Shown here: positions 50,910 to 64,000 of the stretch, piece by piece
Numbering within the stretch: position 1 is the stretch's first letter
Layout: every line of letters begins with the position of its first letter
Source: Botryllus schlosseri
Lineage: Eukaryota
Assembly (NCBI GenBank): GCA_051294905.1
Contig: CM119377.1
Location: forward strand, 3,472,001 to 3,536,000
DNA: 64,000 nt
Direction of reading: 5' to 3'
The notes under the pieces: model-generated
What the model was told of the DNA's origin: nothing
The model's database searches: none
Seen by the model: only the letters and a program-made list of their open reading frames with translations
Position numbers and translations under genes: made by a program

Positions 50910-51143
50910 TCACTTCTTATCTGCGTATTTTTTCACAATCCATTCTGCGTCTTCAACTGATCTATCAATGATCTGCCGAAGTCTCTGGGGGTCATTCTCG
51001 TCTTCGTGGCTTCGAAATTCTTGTCGAATGAAATGGCGGTAATGGGCTTTCGGTCCCCGTGGTAGCTTATCGCAACACTTTATAAGGTGCTTGTACAGTC
51101 CAAGGGCCGTCTTGACGTTAGAACTCATTGATAAAAGCAACAT
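50910..51143 (-). CDS. LYRM9: LYR motif-containing protein 9-like, single coding exon (alternative start ATG at 51128)
   Basis: LGLYKHLIKCCDKLP...HYRHFIRQEFRSHEDENDPQRLRQIIDRSVEDAEWIVKKY follows the LYRM9 pattern. AATAAA on the minus strand near 50730. Confidence 0.9.
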   Translation of the reverse strand: MLLLSMSSNVKTALGLYKHLIKCCDKLPRGPKAHYRHFIRQEFRSHEDENDPQRLRQIIDRSVEDAEWIVKKYADKK

Positions 51144-51260
51144 GCAAACCCGTTACTTTGAAATTGTTTTAGTTTTCCATTACTGAGGCTTTCCGCGTTG
51201 CCGTCCTGCTTGTAATCTCAATGCCTATGCTGCTTCACGCTCCACTACTTACGAACACAA

Positions 51261-51950
51261 ATCATCATCATCATTGGTTTATTAGCAATTTTATCAGTTC
51301 GATACACCACAAAAATGCGATACAATGAAAAGACAGGAAGATGTCGAAGCGACAAGGAGTAGTCTATGGAATCTGACACCCACCTTGGCCTAGGCGATGT
51401 AAAGAGGAGGCAGGCACACTGAATGAAAGTAAAGAAGATAGTATAGAAGAAGAATGCGACAAGAAATAGGGCGGCATGTCATGGGAAGCGAGATCGATAG
51501 GTCAGTCGTAGTCCGGTAATCTTGAGGATGGGCTGTATTTATTTAGTAGTAATTGCTTGTATTTCGACTTGAATGTGGACATGCTCGTCGACTGTCGGAT
51601 GGCCGGCGGGATACTGTTCCACACATCAGGTCCGGCATATTTGATGGAGCGATGATCTTTTCGGTCGATCATATGATCTTTGGACGACGTGGACGCGCGT
51701 GTGTTGTACTTGTGCGCTTTTGATTCAGAGGTAAAGAAGTCATTGAAATATTCGGGGCAACGACCGCAGTGAAACTGATACATAAACTTGGCGATTTCTA
51801 GTTTCCGCATATCTTCTATGTTTAGGACGCCGAATCTCTTCAGCAGCGACTTATTGGATGGGCAGCCAGGCCCCTTTGGGGCCCTAGCTATGATTCGGAG
51901 CACTTTATGCTGTAGTTTCTGCAGTGGCTTGAGTGCAGTTTTACTGGCAA
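51261..51950 (-). mobile_element. 5'-truncated CR1/L2-type non-LTR retrotransposon (ORF2 C-terminus, 3' UTR and (TGA)n tail)
   Basis: ASKTALKPLQKLQHKVLRII...EDMRKLEIAKFMYQF...HKYNTR...SIKYAGPDVWNSIPPAIRQSTSMSTFKSKYKQLLL is the typical post-RT tail of CR1/L2-group LINEs. It ends in AATAAAccaATGATGATGATGA (51261-51283). Confidence 0.85.
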
Positions 51951-52248
51951 ATGAGCGAATTCTCGAATTTCGGAATGCGAACCCATCCGGCTTCGACTCC
52001 TGCTATTTTTTATATAGCGATGGAAAATCCTGCTCAAATCTTACTTTTTAAAATACTGAACCAGTCGGACAATAGATTACTAACCTACGTTAAAGGCCTA
52101 TTAAATCCTTCTCATGTTCTTGAACCGGATTGTGATCGCCTGTACTCGTTAGTTAGTTCGTTCGTTCGTTTATTTACAATTTTTATCAAGATTACGAAAT
52201 AATGAAAAGACGGACTGGACTTGGAGCGGTCTTTTAGGTCATGTAAAG

Positions 52249-52962
52249 TCGCGTTACCATACGTTAGGCTTACCATACGTCCTCTTTTAAGAGGATTTGT
52301 CCTCTTTTTTGACTTTTTTGAAAGTGTCCTCGGAGGACGCCCTTTTGTCCTCTTTTTTGTGATTTTGTCCTCTTTTTTTTGAAAATTTAGGTCAGATTTA
52401 GAGGAAATCGCGAGTGATATGCCGTAAATTAGCGCAGAAGTGAAGCTCCGGCGGGTATTTCGGAGGGAAAAGTGGTGATTTAAGCCCTGAGCGAAAAGAA
52501 GACCTTTTTTTTTAGTCATCCACCTGGCAATGTAGAGAGAAAAACGTTATTTTGTGATGATTTTTTTTTTCTTAGTCAACCGATCACGAAGTGGGAAAAA
52601 TTTACCGGTTTTTGAGAATTCTTCTCCAATTTTGCATGTCTGAAATTTCTGAAAAAGTGTCCTCTTTTTACATTTCCAAAATATGGTAAGCCTACCATAC
52701 GTCCTCTTTTAAGAGGATTTGTCCTCTTTTTTGACTTTTTTGAAAGTGTCCTCGGAGGACGCCCTTTTGTCCTCTTTTTTGGGATTTGGTCCTAATTTTT
52801 GAAAATGTAGGTCATAGGCCGTAATTTGGCACAGCAGTGAAGTCAACCAGCCGGCAATGTGGGAAAAGTTCTCCGATTTTTGAGAATTCTTCTCCGGTTT
52901 CGCAAGTCTCAAATTTCTGAAAAAGTGTCCTCTTTTTAGATTTCCAACATATGGTAAGCCTA
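52249..52962 (+). mobile_element. Two nested family E MITEs (inner copy 52265-52694); another copy at ~54162-54399
   Basis: Inner element is flanked by a perfect TSD CCATACGT that is part of the host copy's own TIR. Confidence 0.88.
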
Positions 52963-53641
52963 ATGCAATGATATATAAATATCATTGGCCTAATGTAAAG
53001 TAAACGCATATGCTTATGCTCATTGTTCATATACTCAAGATTATAGGCCTAGGACGTAGACAGACTGTGCAATATGTGCACCAATAAATCAAATAGTTAA
53101 TTTTACTTTATCCGCTCAAGACATGGTATATTATGTACAATATGCCACAAACCAGCCACAATGAATACGAGTAATGAACGGCGGTTGGGGGATCCCGAAA
53201 CGATCATTGGTCTCTCAATCTGCCATCCACCTATGTCTTACGCTTTAAGATGTAACAGTGTTCGATATATTTCCTTTTGAGGCGTCCTATAGCTCATTTC
53301 ATTCTTGTATTCGTCCTTGATGTCTTGGTCATTATGGTCACTTTTGGCTCTGGCCTCACGGCATTGCGGGAATGGTCGGGTTCCCAATTTTTGAAATCCG
53401 AATTAATCCGGCTCTGGCTCGTAATTTTCAATTCACAGTCTGACAAAAAAATCGGACTTTTTGATTTCCTATTCATATAGTCCCAAATAATCCTGCTGAA
53501 ACCAATCCAATTTGGCATATCTAGCGAAAATCAAATTCAAAATCCAGATCCAGTTCTACTACATTTAAAATAGATCAAGTCCTGCTCCAGAAAAAAGAGC
53601 ATGTAAGAAGAATGTCAACGCTAGTGTTTTTATCAGTTGTC

Positions 53642-53899
<258 letters not shown>

Positions 53900-54899
53900 T
53901 CAGGACCACCAGCGCGATTGCGGCGGACTTACCATTACACCAACAATATCCCACGAGTATGAATCATTCGATTCCGAATAAAATATTTAGCTTACACTAC
54001 CTTTGCCTCTTCTTTTTTGACACCATATGTCGTTGTACTTTGTCGCAACGGGTTGGCCGGGTGACTCCGACTCAACAGAAAAGTCATGTCGGAAGTCCAG
54101 CATATGCTGCCGAGGAACGATTTTGGTTCATGTCAGTTGCCATTCCATGTTTACATTCGATTAGGATTACCACTTACCATATTTTGGAATCGGGAAAGAA
54201 GGACACTTTTTCAAAATTTTCAGACTTAGAATACCGGAGGTAAATCTTGAAAAAATGGTAAATTTTTCTCACTTAACCAAAATTCTCAAAAGAGGACAAA
54301 ATCTCAAAAAGAAGGACAGTTAGGCATCATCGGAGGACATTCTCAAAAATCTGAAAAAGGAGGACAAAACCTCCTAAAGGAGGACGTTTGGTGACCCTAT
54401 ATCCAAGATAATCGACAATCCCCTATGGTCCAACGTATTCTTTTGTTGTCCAACGTATTACCTCATTATTGTTCTGTTGTCCTGCTTCATGTTCGCACAT
54501 AGGAGAACGAAAATTGATGAGGGTGAGATCAGATCTCTATATTTGTATAGGCTAATGTGACTTGACACAAATATGCAAAAATGACAGCGATGAAATTGCG
54601 TTTTAATATATTGTAATGTAAACAAGCAAATCATGTGTCACAATTTTCAAGTTTGATCATTCTCGGTACATTTACAATTTATATTATCCAAGTACTAAGA
54701 AGAACATATCTCATGACCACAGTGATGTTGTTTGTTGTTTTGTTTCATTTTATATGTTACAATAATATTACCACTGTGTACATGGGTCAAATTGTCTGAT
54801 CACACTGTTAACTATGATAACCGTCCTTCACTGGTGTTGCTGTCTTTTATTTACTTTTGTTTATTTCGTTACTCTTTGCGGTGCTACTCGACTGAGAGA

Positions 54900-55125
54900 A
54901 GAAATTGATTCATAATATTATTAATACTGCCAATATGCTTGGGTGACTCCGGCCTAGAAGACTTCGGTCATATCGGGTCTCCTAGTCTATACCATGTAAA
55001 ATATAGTAGGAAAATTAGAAAAAAAATGTATACTATTGGACGTGAATTGTTTGTGGACATTGCCTTTACTATATTTCATGGTTGACGAATAAAAGAATTC
55101 TCTTTCTCTCTCTCTCTCTCTTTAT
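54900..55125 (+). mobile_element. Probable LINE/SINE 3' remnant ending in AATAAAAG plus a (TC)n tail
   Basis: 3'-UTR-like stretch followed by a polyA-like signal and microsatellite; no coding evidence. Confidence 0.35.
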
Positions 55126-56379
55126 TCCCTCGATCGTCTCAACCGACCGTTTTCTTTTTTTCATAATATAATGTGTTCACTGTTCTCAGTTATCAGACAG
55201 AATCAATAAAATCGTGACAAACATTATCACCTCCACCGTTTCTATCAATACATCCGATCATGTGGCCTGAAAGAGAATAAAATGAAATAGAATTAGGGGA
55301 GATGTGGTAGGCTACCCAGGGATCAAAAATTGCAAAATGATCTCTGTCCCTCACATCTTCAGCCGAGAATAGCGGATCTGTTGCTGTCTCAACACTTTGA
55401 TACAAGCTCTAACTATCGCGGGCGTTCACTTGGATATCCTCCTTTTCCAAATTTTTTAGAAACATTTAAAATTTGTTACTCGAACGTGTCATCGCCGGTG
55501 GGTCCAATGGCACATGCACGACCATGGGACCTTTGAGACAAACGCTCAAAACTCAAATTTTTCAACTTGTTTTGCTGTGTACTATAATCTAAGCCTCAGC
55601 ATGCCAATGAAGAATGTTTCATCGCAACCTACAAGAATTAAATAAATTATATCAACGCAAATGTTGGGATAAAATCACGTTTTGATTTCCGCCGAAACTT
55701 ACAAAAGTAAAGCAACATGCATATGACCGGAAAATCGACCTTTTGACTTTCAAATACCTTCTAATAGCGAGAAAACACCACAGGTAACTATGATTTACAG
55801 CCTCTATATATGAGTTGTTTTAGCATACCATCACTTTTGAAACTTTCTGCACTAAAGACATGACATACATTTTCCGCTCTTAGAGGTAGTATTTATATTG
55901 CACTTTCAATTCCCCGTATCATATACTTTGAGTTCTAATTAATATCAGTTCTTTTGTCTGGATAACATACATGTTGAAGTTATAAAAGTAAGTGTAGTAA
56001 TGTCTTTAATTTCTGGAAATAAAGCTACACAATATGGCATTTTTACGATCCACCATATCGCGTAAAGTGTTTACACCGAATCCTATACAACTTCTCCGTA
56101 TTGCTCTTCGGCTAAACTACGGGCCTTATAATATGGGGTAGTGCGCCATGGCCACACCATGATATTTTCTAAAACGTGCTAGCTGTTCGATTAAACAGAG
56201 TATTAGCATCGCATTTCCATATCAATACTACCATTTTCATCCCATGATGCGGACGAATGCTTATGCTGTCGAAAATTCGATACCTCCTGGTATGCATCAA
56301 TATGAATCAAGCGCGGCACCTTTTGCATAGCTCAATTTGCACCTTTTGACAATCCATGCGAACGAATTACGATCGTTTT

Positions 56380-56546
56380 TACAACTACTTACTTGAGTAG
56401 ATTTAAAGTGAGTCAATTCTACTTCTACTTCCAGTAGTTTTAGGTTGCTTATAGAAAAGGTACTTCTACTCGTACCTGAGTAGATTTTTTCGTCTCTACT
56501 TCTACTTCTACCTGAGTAGCTTTCTTGACTACTTTGACCACCTCTG
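56380..56546. mobile_element. CTACT/AGTAG-repeat MITE with terminus CAGAGGTGGTCAAAG (related ends at ~2374-2387, ~41940, 43087)
   Basis: Repeated CTACTT/AAGTAG motifs ending in TTTGACCACCTCTG. Confidence 0.55.
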
Positions 56547-57551
56547 ATCATTTGTCACAGACCCCATAACTCACGCAGGTCGAAGTTTTTTGTATGTGAG
56601 GAATGATTCTGCCAGCATGCCATTGTTGACGAAGTCGCGTACTGTAATCATGGGATTATCACATTAAGTTACTTCTAATTGTGTACCAACGATGACCACT
56701 GCTACCCTGCTAGGAAGCGAGTGGTACAGTGTGCGAAGCGAAACCGTCACGACACCAATGGTTGTTGGTTAGAGTCTCGACTTTGCCAAGTTTCTATGTG
56801 TCGGACGTTTAACTGGGTTGTTAATCGCTGACCTCAATGCCATAGCAGTGTATCAATAATCCCGGAGTGATGGTGAGCCGAGAAAAAACATTCGGAAGCA
56901 AAGATAAAGTTTCGGGCGCATGCAAAACGAGGGACTGCATCTGCATGCATTTTGGAAGCGCAAGAGTGTGAAAGTCGTCCTGAAGATTACGAAGGCAAAG
57001 AATCTGAACATTACAAAGTCAATGTCGTAGCACATGACCTTAATAGGCGATACGCACCACTGTTTTATGTATGAAATAAACCAATAAACTGTTGCCCTGC
57101 TCAGGGTTCCCCTATTCATATATTAGGCTAGTCGTGCTGTTTTGTATTTAAGCTATTATACTGCTACTCCAACAGTTACCGAAGTCAAATTAACCTTCTT
57201 CTTGATTTTTCCGACTCGTAATAGTAGTGACTGAACACAGAACACGACATCCCTTCAAAATGCATAATGTTGGACGAGCTATGAAAAATCCGCATCGTTT
57301 CACAAACAGATTATATAATATTTAATACATATAGGCCTATCCATACTGAATTGCTACGTTAAACGCTTACGCGTATGTATCTCGATCATTGCTTCTGTGA
57401 CGTGCCTCTGGCTACAAACCTTGCAACCGCAGGGGAAAAAAAGCGCGAGATACACAGCGTCGATTCGTCGAAGCATTCCGCCATTACAGTACGGTATCGC
57501 AGTTCGGTCACAGAGGTAGTTGGTAAAACATAATTGATAAACGCCTCAAAT

Positions 57552-60500
57552 ATGGAAGGATATTTGACAGCTATTCTAACTTTGGCAGTGTCTGGCGTAA
57601 GAGTTGGAATGGTAAGTAGCCTATGCTGTATCTATTGTTATGTTTTACGTTTGTAAAAATGCGTACGCTTGTTTGATTTACAAAGCAATAATAATATGTA
57701 TAAAGTTAAAAGTTGTGTAATATAGTAGCCTACATATCATCATATTTCTCAAAGAGACTGAGTCAGTTTTGGTTGTCATAGAAATAATACCGTCAGTAGT
57801 TATAGACATGCTACCTGATACGGATAATTTTACAAGTCTCTCAGCATGCAGCCCATCAATGTCATCGCAGTGTCCTGCAGCAACTTATGCAGGTGCGAAT
57901 TACGCATACGCTGCAGATCTTCGCATTGTAGAAACTATGCATAAAAAGAGGACCATAGCAACTGAATGCCTTCACATAAATATTGTGCACAATGCACATG
58001 CCGTCGGGGTATGTTCAATTGTGCAGCACATTTCGCTACTCGCCTTTATAGTCACGCGCGCTCTATAACGTGAAAACTGGACAGTGAACACTCTGAACAG
58101 CATTGCGGATGGTTTCCGGAAATGTGCGTAATTCCGTAAGCCTCTAAAATCGTAGTGAAAACCTCATCAGTATGTACTGTACGGTACATGCATGCGGGTA
58201 AAAATACGTATATATTGTTGGACTTCGTAGGGTAAATCGACAAACAATCACATACTGCGTGTAATTCAGTAACACCTGCCGGTGATACGAAATATTGTGA
58301 GTTTTGTGTTTGTTACACCGATGAGATTTGCGGAAATAGTCAATTCAATTTGGTCGCCAGTACCGGTAAATGGACTTCCGCACTGATTTTATTCAATACT
58401 TTCTTATACTTTACATTTCCGAATCAGGAAGTAGAAAGTGTTTCCTAATATTCTTCGTAATACGTACGTCGCCCGAAATATAGTTGCGGAGAAGCGTATA
58501 TCCATCATGAAAGGAAGTAAGTAGCCTACCGAGATACGTAGCTTCTATCAAACTAAGTCGGATAGAATTCGGTGCACACCATATGTAGGGTTTCGTGAAT
58601 GATGAGCATAATGCCGTAATGCCATAATGCCATAATGTTTATCGTCATATGACCACATTAATTCAAAGCCCATTTTAATGCGGACACGACGAATGCGCGT
58701 AACGTATTTGTTATCATTCCAGTATACATCTTTGCTGAATCCATTGTGTACGCTTCCAGAAAAAATATGTAGGTCATTTCAACAAAGCAAGATAAAACCA
58801 AGGCTGCTGTGGAATTTCAGTCAAGCGTTACCGTGTACAAAACATATTATTGCTGAGTGCCGACTGTTCAAAGCATTATTAAGAATAGAAGTACGTGGTT
58901 TGGGTGTGCGGACTGTGTGTGTGCGTGTATCTGAAAGTAGTTCTCACATAGGGTTGCCATACGTCCGGTATTTCCCTGACATGTCCGGAATTTCGCTGTT
59001 TAAACTACGTTCGGGAGGAAATATGAAATTGCCCATGCCCATATGTCCGGAATTTTGAAGGCTTGAAGGGAGCTGAAAATGTTTTCGTAAATCAACATAA
59101 AAAAAAATCTTATTTTTGGGAAGATAGATACTACTTGAAATTTTTCTTCGCGCTGCGCCCGATTTAGTGTCTCATTTTAATTTTAGTATGGGTACCTCTG
59201 TCCTCGCATACACTACAATAAAAATGAATTAAAATAGCTATCATTTACTGAAGTAATCCCAATTTTAAGAGAACCGTATATTACTAGCGTCGGTAAGGCC
59301 GTTTGGATGCTTTAGTCACAGATAGTGTTTCTCAAGCTTGGTCCTTCGCTCTTTCCTGGGGATCACGAAGATGTTGAACTTAATCCGCTTCTAGGCCGAG
59401 AGTAAGTGTTGTTGAGGCCCTGGCTACAACACACAGTCATAATATCCCCACCAACAACAGTATAGCAGTGCTGTCAAACACACGGCTGGCGGGCCAGACA
59501 ATTTTATCCGGTCCGTAAAGAAGTTAGTTGCAAACCAAATGAGAATACAATACAGCAATCATAAGAGCTCACATTAAAGATGGCTTGATAGTCTACTAGT
59601 TAATTCACGACCTATATTAAAATAACACTCCTGTATACAATCGATAAGCAAGACATGCCAGTGTGACGTCATCATCGTTATTACCTCAATTTACACCCGC
59701 TAGGGGGCATTAAAGAGTTTCCGGAATTTGTGCCAGGAGAATAATAGAAGTCGAAACTTCGCCATTATGACGATTCACCGGGACCAAATAAAAACATGTT
59801 CAATTTCTATCTTGTAGTGAAAAATGCGGATGATAGACATCCGGGAGTTAGCATGGATAGCATCCTTTCCTGTGAAATATCGTATTTGTCACAGGGCCTA
59901 TTCAACGGAATCACCGGACCCACTATGTTTTATCTGGCTGGAAATATCGATTCAACGATTGGCACCGTTTCCTACATGTTTCTCGGTCGCTCTGGCGGTA
60001 TTCTGATCGGTGCCGTGCTGGGAGGACTCATTAAACGCTTTTATCCGAAGTTTGGACAATTATCCACTCTCGGTAAGATATCCCACTGGTGCTTGCTGTT
60101 TTTGTTTCATTAATGCTATGTCAGTCAGGTCCTGCGTTTCGATAAGTCTTCTCAACTTTATATCGAGGCAAAGATACACGGTAAGATTCACAAATATTCG
60201 TCAATGGTAAGCGCCAAATCTAAAATATTCGGGCAATTACAAATATGAATCATCGTAACCAATGGTATTTACTGTGTACTACTTGGTCTGGGCCTACTAC
60301 CAGTCCTTTTATGTTAACGTTTCATATGACAATATATGTCCCTCTTCACTCTTGTAGATTAGAAACGAAAACTAAATATCTGATCATAGGGCTTTGAATA
60401 AGCAATATACTACATAGTCATTAGCTTACTGATTAGTGATTTATAAGTATGTTGATAAAAGTAGCCTATATCCTTGATAGGTTATGTCGACTGTTAGACG

Positions 60501-61860
60501 CATCCGCGACCATCACTTCTGCAATATAGCCTAATATAGCACCGATTACCATAACGTGCGACGGTGCCGAAGAGGATTTTTTGTTGCATTCCCGTGCTGG
60601 CAATTGCAAATCTCCACACAGGACTGGCTGTTGCATTTCTTGGCGTGTCGATGTTCCTGGTGCCTTGGATTTCGACCCTGTGGCTGCTAATCGTAGATCT
60701 GGGCTTCGGCGGAATCATGTACGGATATCTTGATGCAGGTAAGATATACCAATGTGCATGTTGAATGTCACCGGAACGACAGCGACCAGGCTGTCCCAAA
60801 ACAAGTCGTGACTGAAGTATTTCCTGTCGAAACGATATATATTTCTCAAAAAATGATCACAGGATATGATACATGACTAGTGACTAGATCACTCATCCTT
60901 GATTGCCTTTTTCAAAGATGTGTGTTAGCCTGATATACACTTATACAGGCCTAGCCAATAACGCCATTATATTTAACCCAAGAGGTGGTTTGGGGACGGA
61001 ATTAGCATCCATCCCGAATAGGGAAAAGCGGATTACTGGAATTCAGGTATATGATGCAATGATATGGAAATCGCACGAGATTTATCTCGTGTCACACACC
61101 GTCGTAATAGTTATAAAGCATCCTAATTGTATTCACTTCTTAAACCCTATGTAGGTCGGAATAATTGTTGTTATTTTGTTGTACGTGGGTTTAACGGTGC
61201 TTTACTACTATGGCGTTATGTAGACGACCAGACCAGTTCGAATCCGACTATGTGCTAGATAAGATGAGTCGACTCACGACGACAGAGGCGCTTATCGCCT
61301 GTTCAGGCCTTCACGACAGTACATTTTATATATCCTCATTGTCTCTCGCTTTCGTGCGTCCACTTTCCGGCCTATGCTGCCGAGTTCGGCTCACTCTTCT
61401 TCTAGGCTTTCCGAGGCGCCGGCTTAAGAGCGGGATCGCCGATGAGAAGCCCGAATAAACCTCCCACACATAGAAACAAGGCAGAGCCGAGACTTGAACC
61501 TACAACCATTGGTGTCGTGACGGTGTCGCTTACCACACTGCGCCACTCGCTGACCACACTGCGCCACTCGCTTCATGCAGTCGGCTAACTAATACGTACG
61601 TCATAACATCCCGAATAGTGTACGGACAAAGTCAAAAGACCTGTAATGTTTGTATATATAGATTTATAGAGATACCACGAAACAGATAGCCCATGAACAC
61701 GCCTCCGAAACCCCATATCATGCTTTCATTAGTTTTCTATTCTATTTTCTAGGTCTCCAGGCCTTGCTGCTCCAGGTTTACGGGGATATCAACTCGCGCA
61801 TTCACATCCAAATGTTTCATTTCACTTACGTGATTGGCGCTACGTTTGCTCCTCTTATAG
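57552..61860 (+). CDS. MFSD4: MFSD4/NAGLT1-like major facilitator superfamily transporter, 3'-partial; exons 57552-57611 (tentative), 59895-60072, 60622-60738, 61753-61860
   Basis: GLFNGITGPTMFYLA...SYMFLGRSGGILIGAVLGG / FLVPWISTLWLLIVDLGFGGIMYGYLDAG / GLQALLLQVYGD...HIQMFHFTYVIGATFAPLIG match MFSD4-family transmembrane motifs, and phases are consistent. The first exon is less certain. Confidence 0.8.
61340..61572 (-). mobile_element. tRNA-derived SINE; a second degenerate copy on + at ~56716-56808 and an unrelated tRNA-like fragment at ~48990-49040 (-)
   Basis: A-box TGGCGCAGTGTGGT (tandemly duplicated) and B-box GGTTCAAGTC; no acceptor-stem pairing; the core CCGTCACGACACCAATGGTTGT is shared between copies. 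Confidence 0.65.
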
Positions 61861-63583
61861 GTGATTGACACGGCTTTGTATCAATTCGCTCGTCATGTAG
61901 CGCAATTTATATCCCTTGTCGATAGGCGATCAAAGTTTAGTCAGTGTTTGTACATGTAAATGTCTATTCAATTTCAAGTTGAAGTAGCATCTCCAGGATA
62001 CGTTACAAGCGCTTCAAGGGGAAGTAAAAATGATAGGTCCGAAGAGTTGGCAAGTCGTTTCAAAAAGCGAATTTGGTCGTGGGGTTTAATATTTTTAGCA
62101 GTTAATGTGTCTTCGCGATTAACGCATATCGACTGATAGTGATGACACAACTGAAAATATATCGATTTAACACGACACAGAGGCTATTTCACGGGTTCTT
62201 ATTAGGGTTGCATTTTAAACAAAAATCAATTTAAAACAAACATGTTTAAAACAAGGCCCTTGTTTAAACCATATTTTTTTTTTTTTTAAGACATGACGTC
62301 ACGACTATTCAACTATGACGTCATAGTTGATTGACATTGACGATTGAAAATATAGCTCGTTTGACAAAATATCTACTTGTTACAGTAGTTGAACCGACTG
62401 TTTTGAGGGTTCCAACCATCCCATATCGTATATGTCAGCTATATCGGGTGGTAATTGTCCGTACTATAGTCTCATACAACATATTTTTTGGAAAGTATTA
62501 ACACAATTATGGAATGATTTTACGACTTAAAAAACACAATTATTTTAAAAGGCATTTGTTTAAATCACTGTTTAAAACATGTTTTTACACAACCATTTGT
62601 TTTAGTTCTTATCATATCAGAATTTCGCTCAGTTTTGATCTTAACTAACTTACCCCAAAACTACTTTCTACAGTTGAAAAGTAGTAATCCCTAAAAACTG
62701 TTGATGCGGAAGAAGTACAAAAACATATCCACTTGAGCAAGCATAGAGCAAAAAGCAATACATAATTGAGTAATGCGAAAAATTTGAACTTTACTACGTT
62801 ACTGCAATCTTCATATAGACCAGTGGTTCTCAAGCTTTTTTGACACGCGCCCCCCTTGGAGATGGTCAAAAAAATCGCGCCCCCCCTGACCCCCCTTGCA
62901 TTTATCGTAATGTCAAAAAGAGCACATCATCTAATACAGATGTGGGCAACGTTTTTGATAATCACGGCCGCATTTCGATTGCTTATGTAGCGTAAGGCCG
63001 CATTCCAGGGCATAGCCGCAATGAACGGTCTGGACGCAAAATTCCTATGTTAAACTGTCCATATCCATTCCCGGTGAACTCCGGACTATTCTACTTTTCA
63101 CAACGGCCTATTGTACGCACCGAAATCGCGAGTGGCCATGTTATGAATAGTTGCCGGGAGGTGCATATTGTCGCGCGGAGCGCGAAAATCTTTCAGGGCC
63201 GCGAACGAATTGTTATTTCTTGCCAATTCCCATTCCGGCTCAGATTAAGAAGGGCGCTACTGCAATAAAATCGAAAAATGAAGTCTTGTTGAATTGCGCG
63301 GAGGGCGAAGAAAATTTCAAGATTAATTAAAATCTCTCGAAAATGCGGGAGTGAATTCGTAATTGCAATTTGCATGTCTACGGCCGCCAACACATACTAA
63401 TTGAATTAGGCGTCGACGGCCGCTCAAATTCCCTTCTACGGTCGCAGGCTGCCCATCCCTGATCTAATAGTATACATAAGGTATATCTTACGCCAATTTT
63501 GAATCTGCATTCCAGTTGTTGAGTCTTTTATTACATTGCTGACAAATTTCTCCAAACTTGTTCAATTTTTTTTGTTGCTTGTA

Positions 63584-63740
63584 CTCACTACCAGCATCAG
63601 GATTAGTCTCTGGGTGACCTACCTGGAAATTAATTATTGGATGTCTTGTTCAATGTTTTTTTTGTTATTTTCAAACAAGACATCCATTAATTAATTTCGA
63701 GGTAGGTCACCCTGAGACTAATCCTGATGCTGGTAGTGAG
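63584..63740. mobile_element. Palindromic MITE with TA flanks (Tc1/mariner-type target site)
   Basis: CTCACTACCAGCATCAGGATTAGTCTC...GAGACTAATCCTGATGCTGGTAGTGAG, with TA on both sides. Confidence 0.75.
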
Positions 63741-64000
63741 TACAGAGAGCAAGGTTTCGTTCTGTCCTGCCAGGCTAAATTTGATCAGTTTTGGAAATTA
63801 ATTAAATTGTGTTGATTTATAGCCTAATTGAGGGCGAAACCGGGCAACCTATGTTGCATATAAGTCTGTCTTAGGCAGTGCAGTTCGCAAGCTACTAACA
63901 AGAGCTGCCCAGCGCGACAAGCTTTAGGCTACTGTCAAAGCTATGAAGCAATGAATGACTTACACGTGGGAATTGCTCTCTATATCTCCAAAGAATTTCA

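Noticed and set aside
59796-59894. Start of the MFS transporter at the ORF-track ATG (59796 or MDSIL)
   Set aside because: Family similarity begins exactly after the acceptor tgtcacag at 59894, so the upstream in-frame stretch is probably intron.
61481-61572. Possible functional tRNA gene
   Set aside because: A- and B-boxes are present but there is no acceptor-stem pairing, and a diverged second copy shares the downstream sequence, as expected for a SINE.

Overview
This is AT-rich animal genomic DNA with spliceosomal GT-AG introns, a minimal intron class of about 58-60 nt and introns packed with MITEs. That is compatible with an invertebrate chordate such as an ascidian, but the species cannot be proven from sequence alone. 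About 45 kb (1736-46105, +) holds the 3' ~4,190 codons of an RNF213/mysterin-like giant AAA+/E3 ligase gene. I traced 39 phase-consistent exons by hand; the 5' end lies upstream of the window. The AAA Walker motifs, the C3HC4 RING and the RZ finger are intact, and one exon is 4,868 nt long. Downstream are POLR2D/RPB4 (-, 2 coding exons), an intronless LYRM9 (-), a 5'-truncated CR1/L2-type LINE, an orphan PCNA C-terminal fragment and the 5' part of an MFSD4-like MFS transporter (+). Introns carry at least five recurrent DNA-transposon families, mostly hAT-type with readable 8-bp target-site duplications (TSDs) and often nested. The most notable observations are hAT MITEs inserted into their own termini, hAT derivatives that retain only the dimerization domain, the giant E3-module exon, a UBA-like insert, an in-frame mini-intron, an intron flanked by a 10-bp direct repeat, and the PCNA fragment abutting a transposon-like terminus. 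All homology statements come from recalled family motifs, not from database searches.
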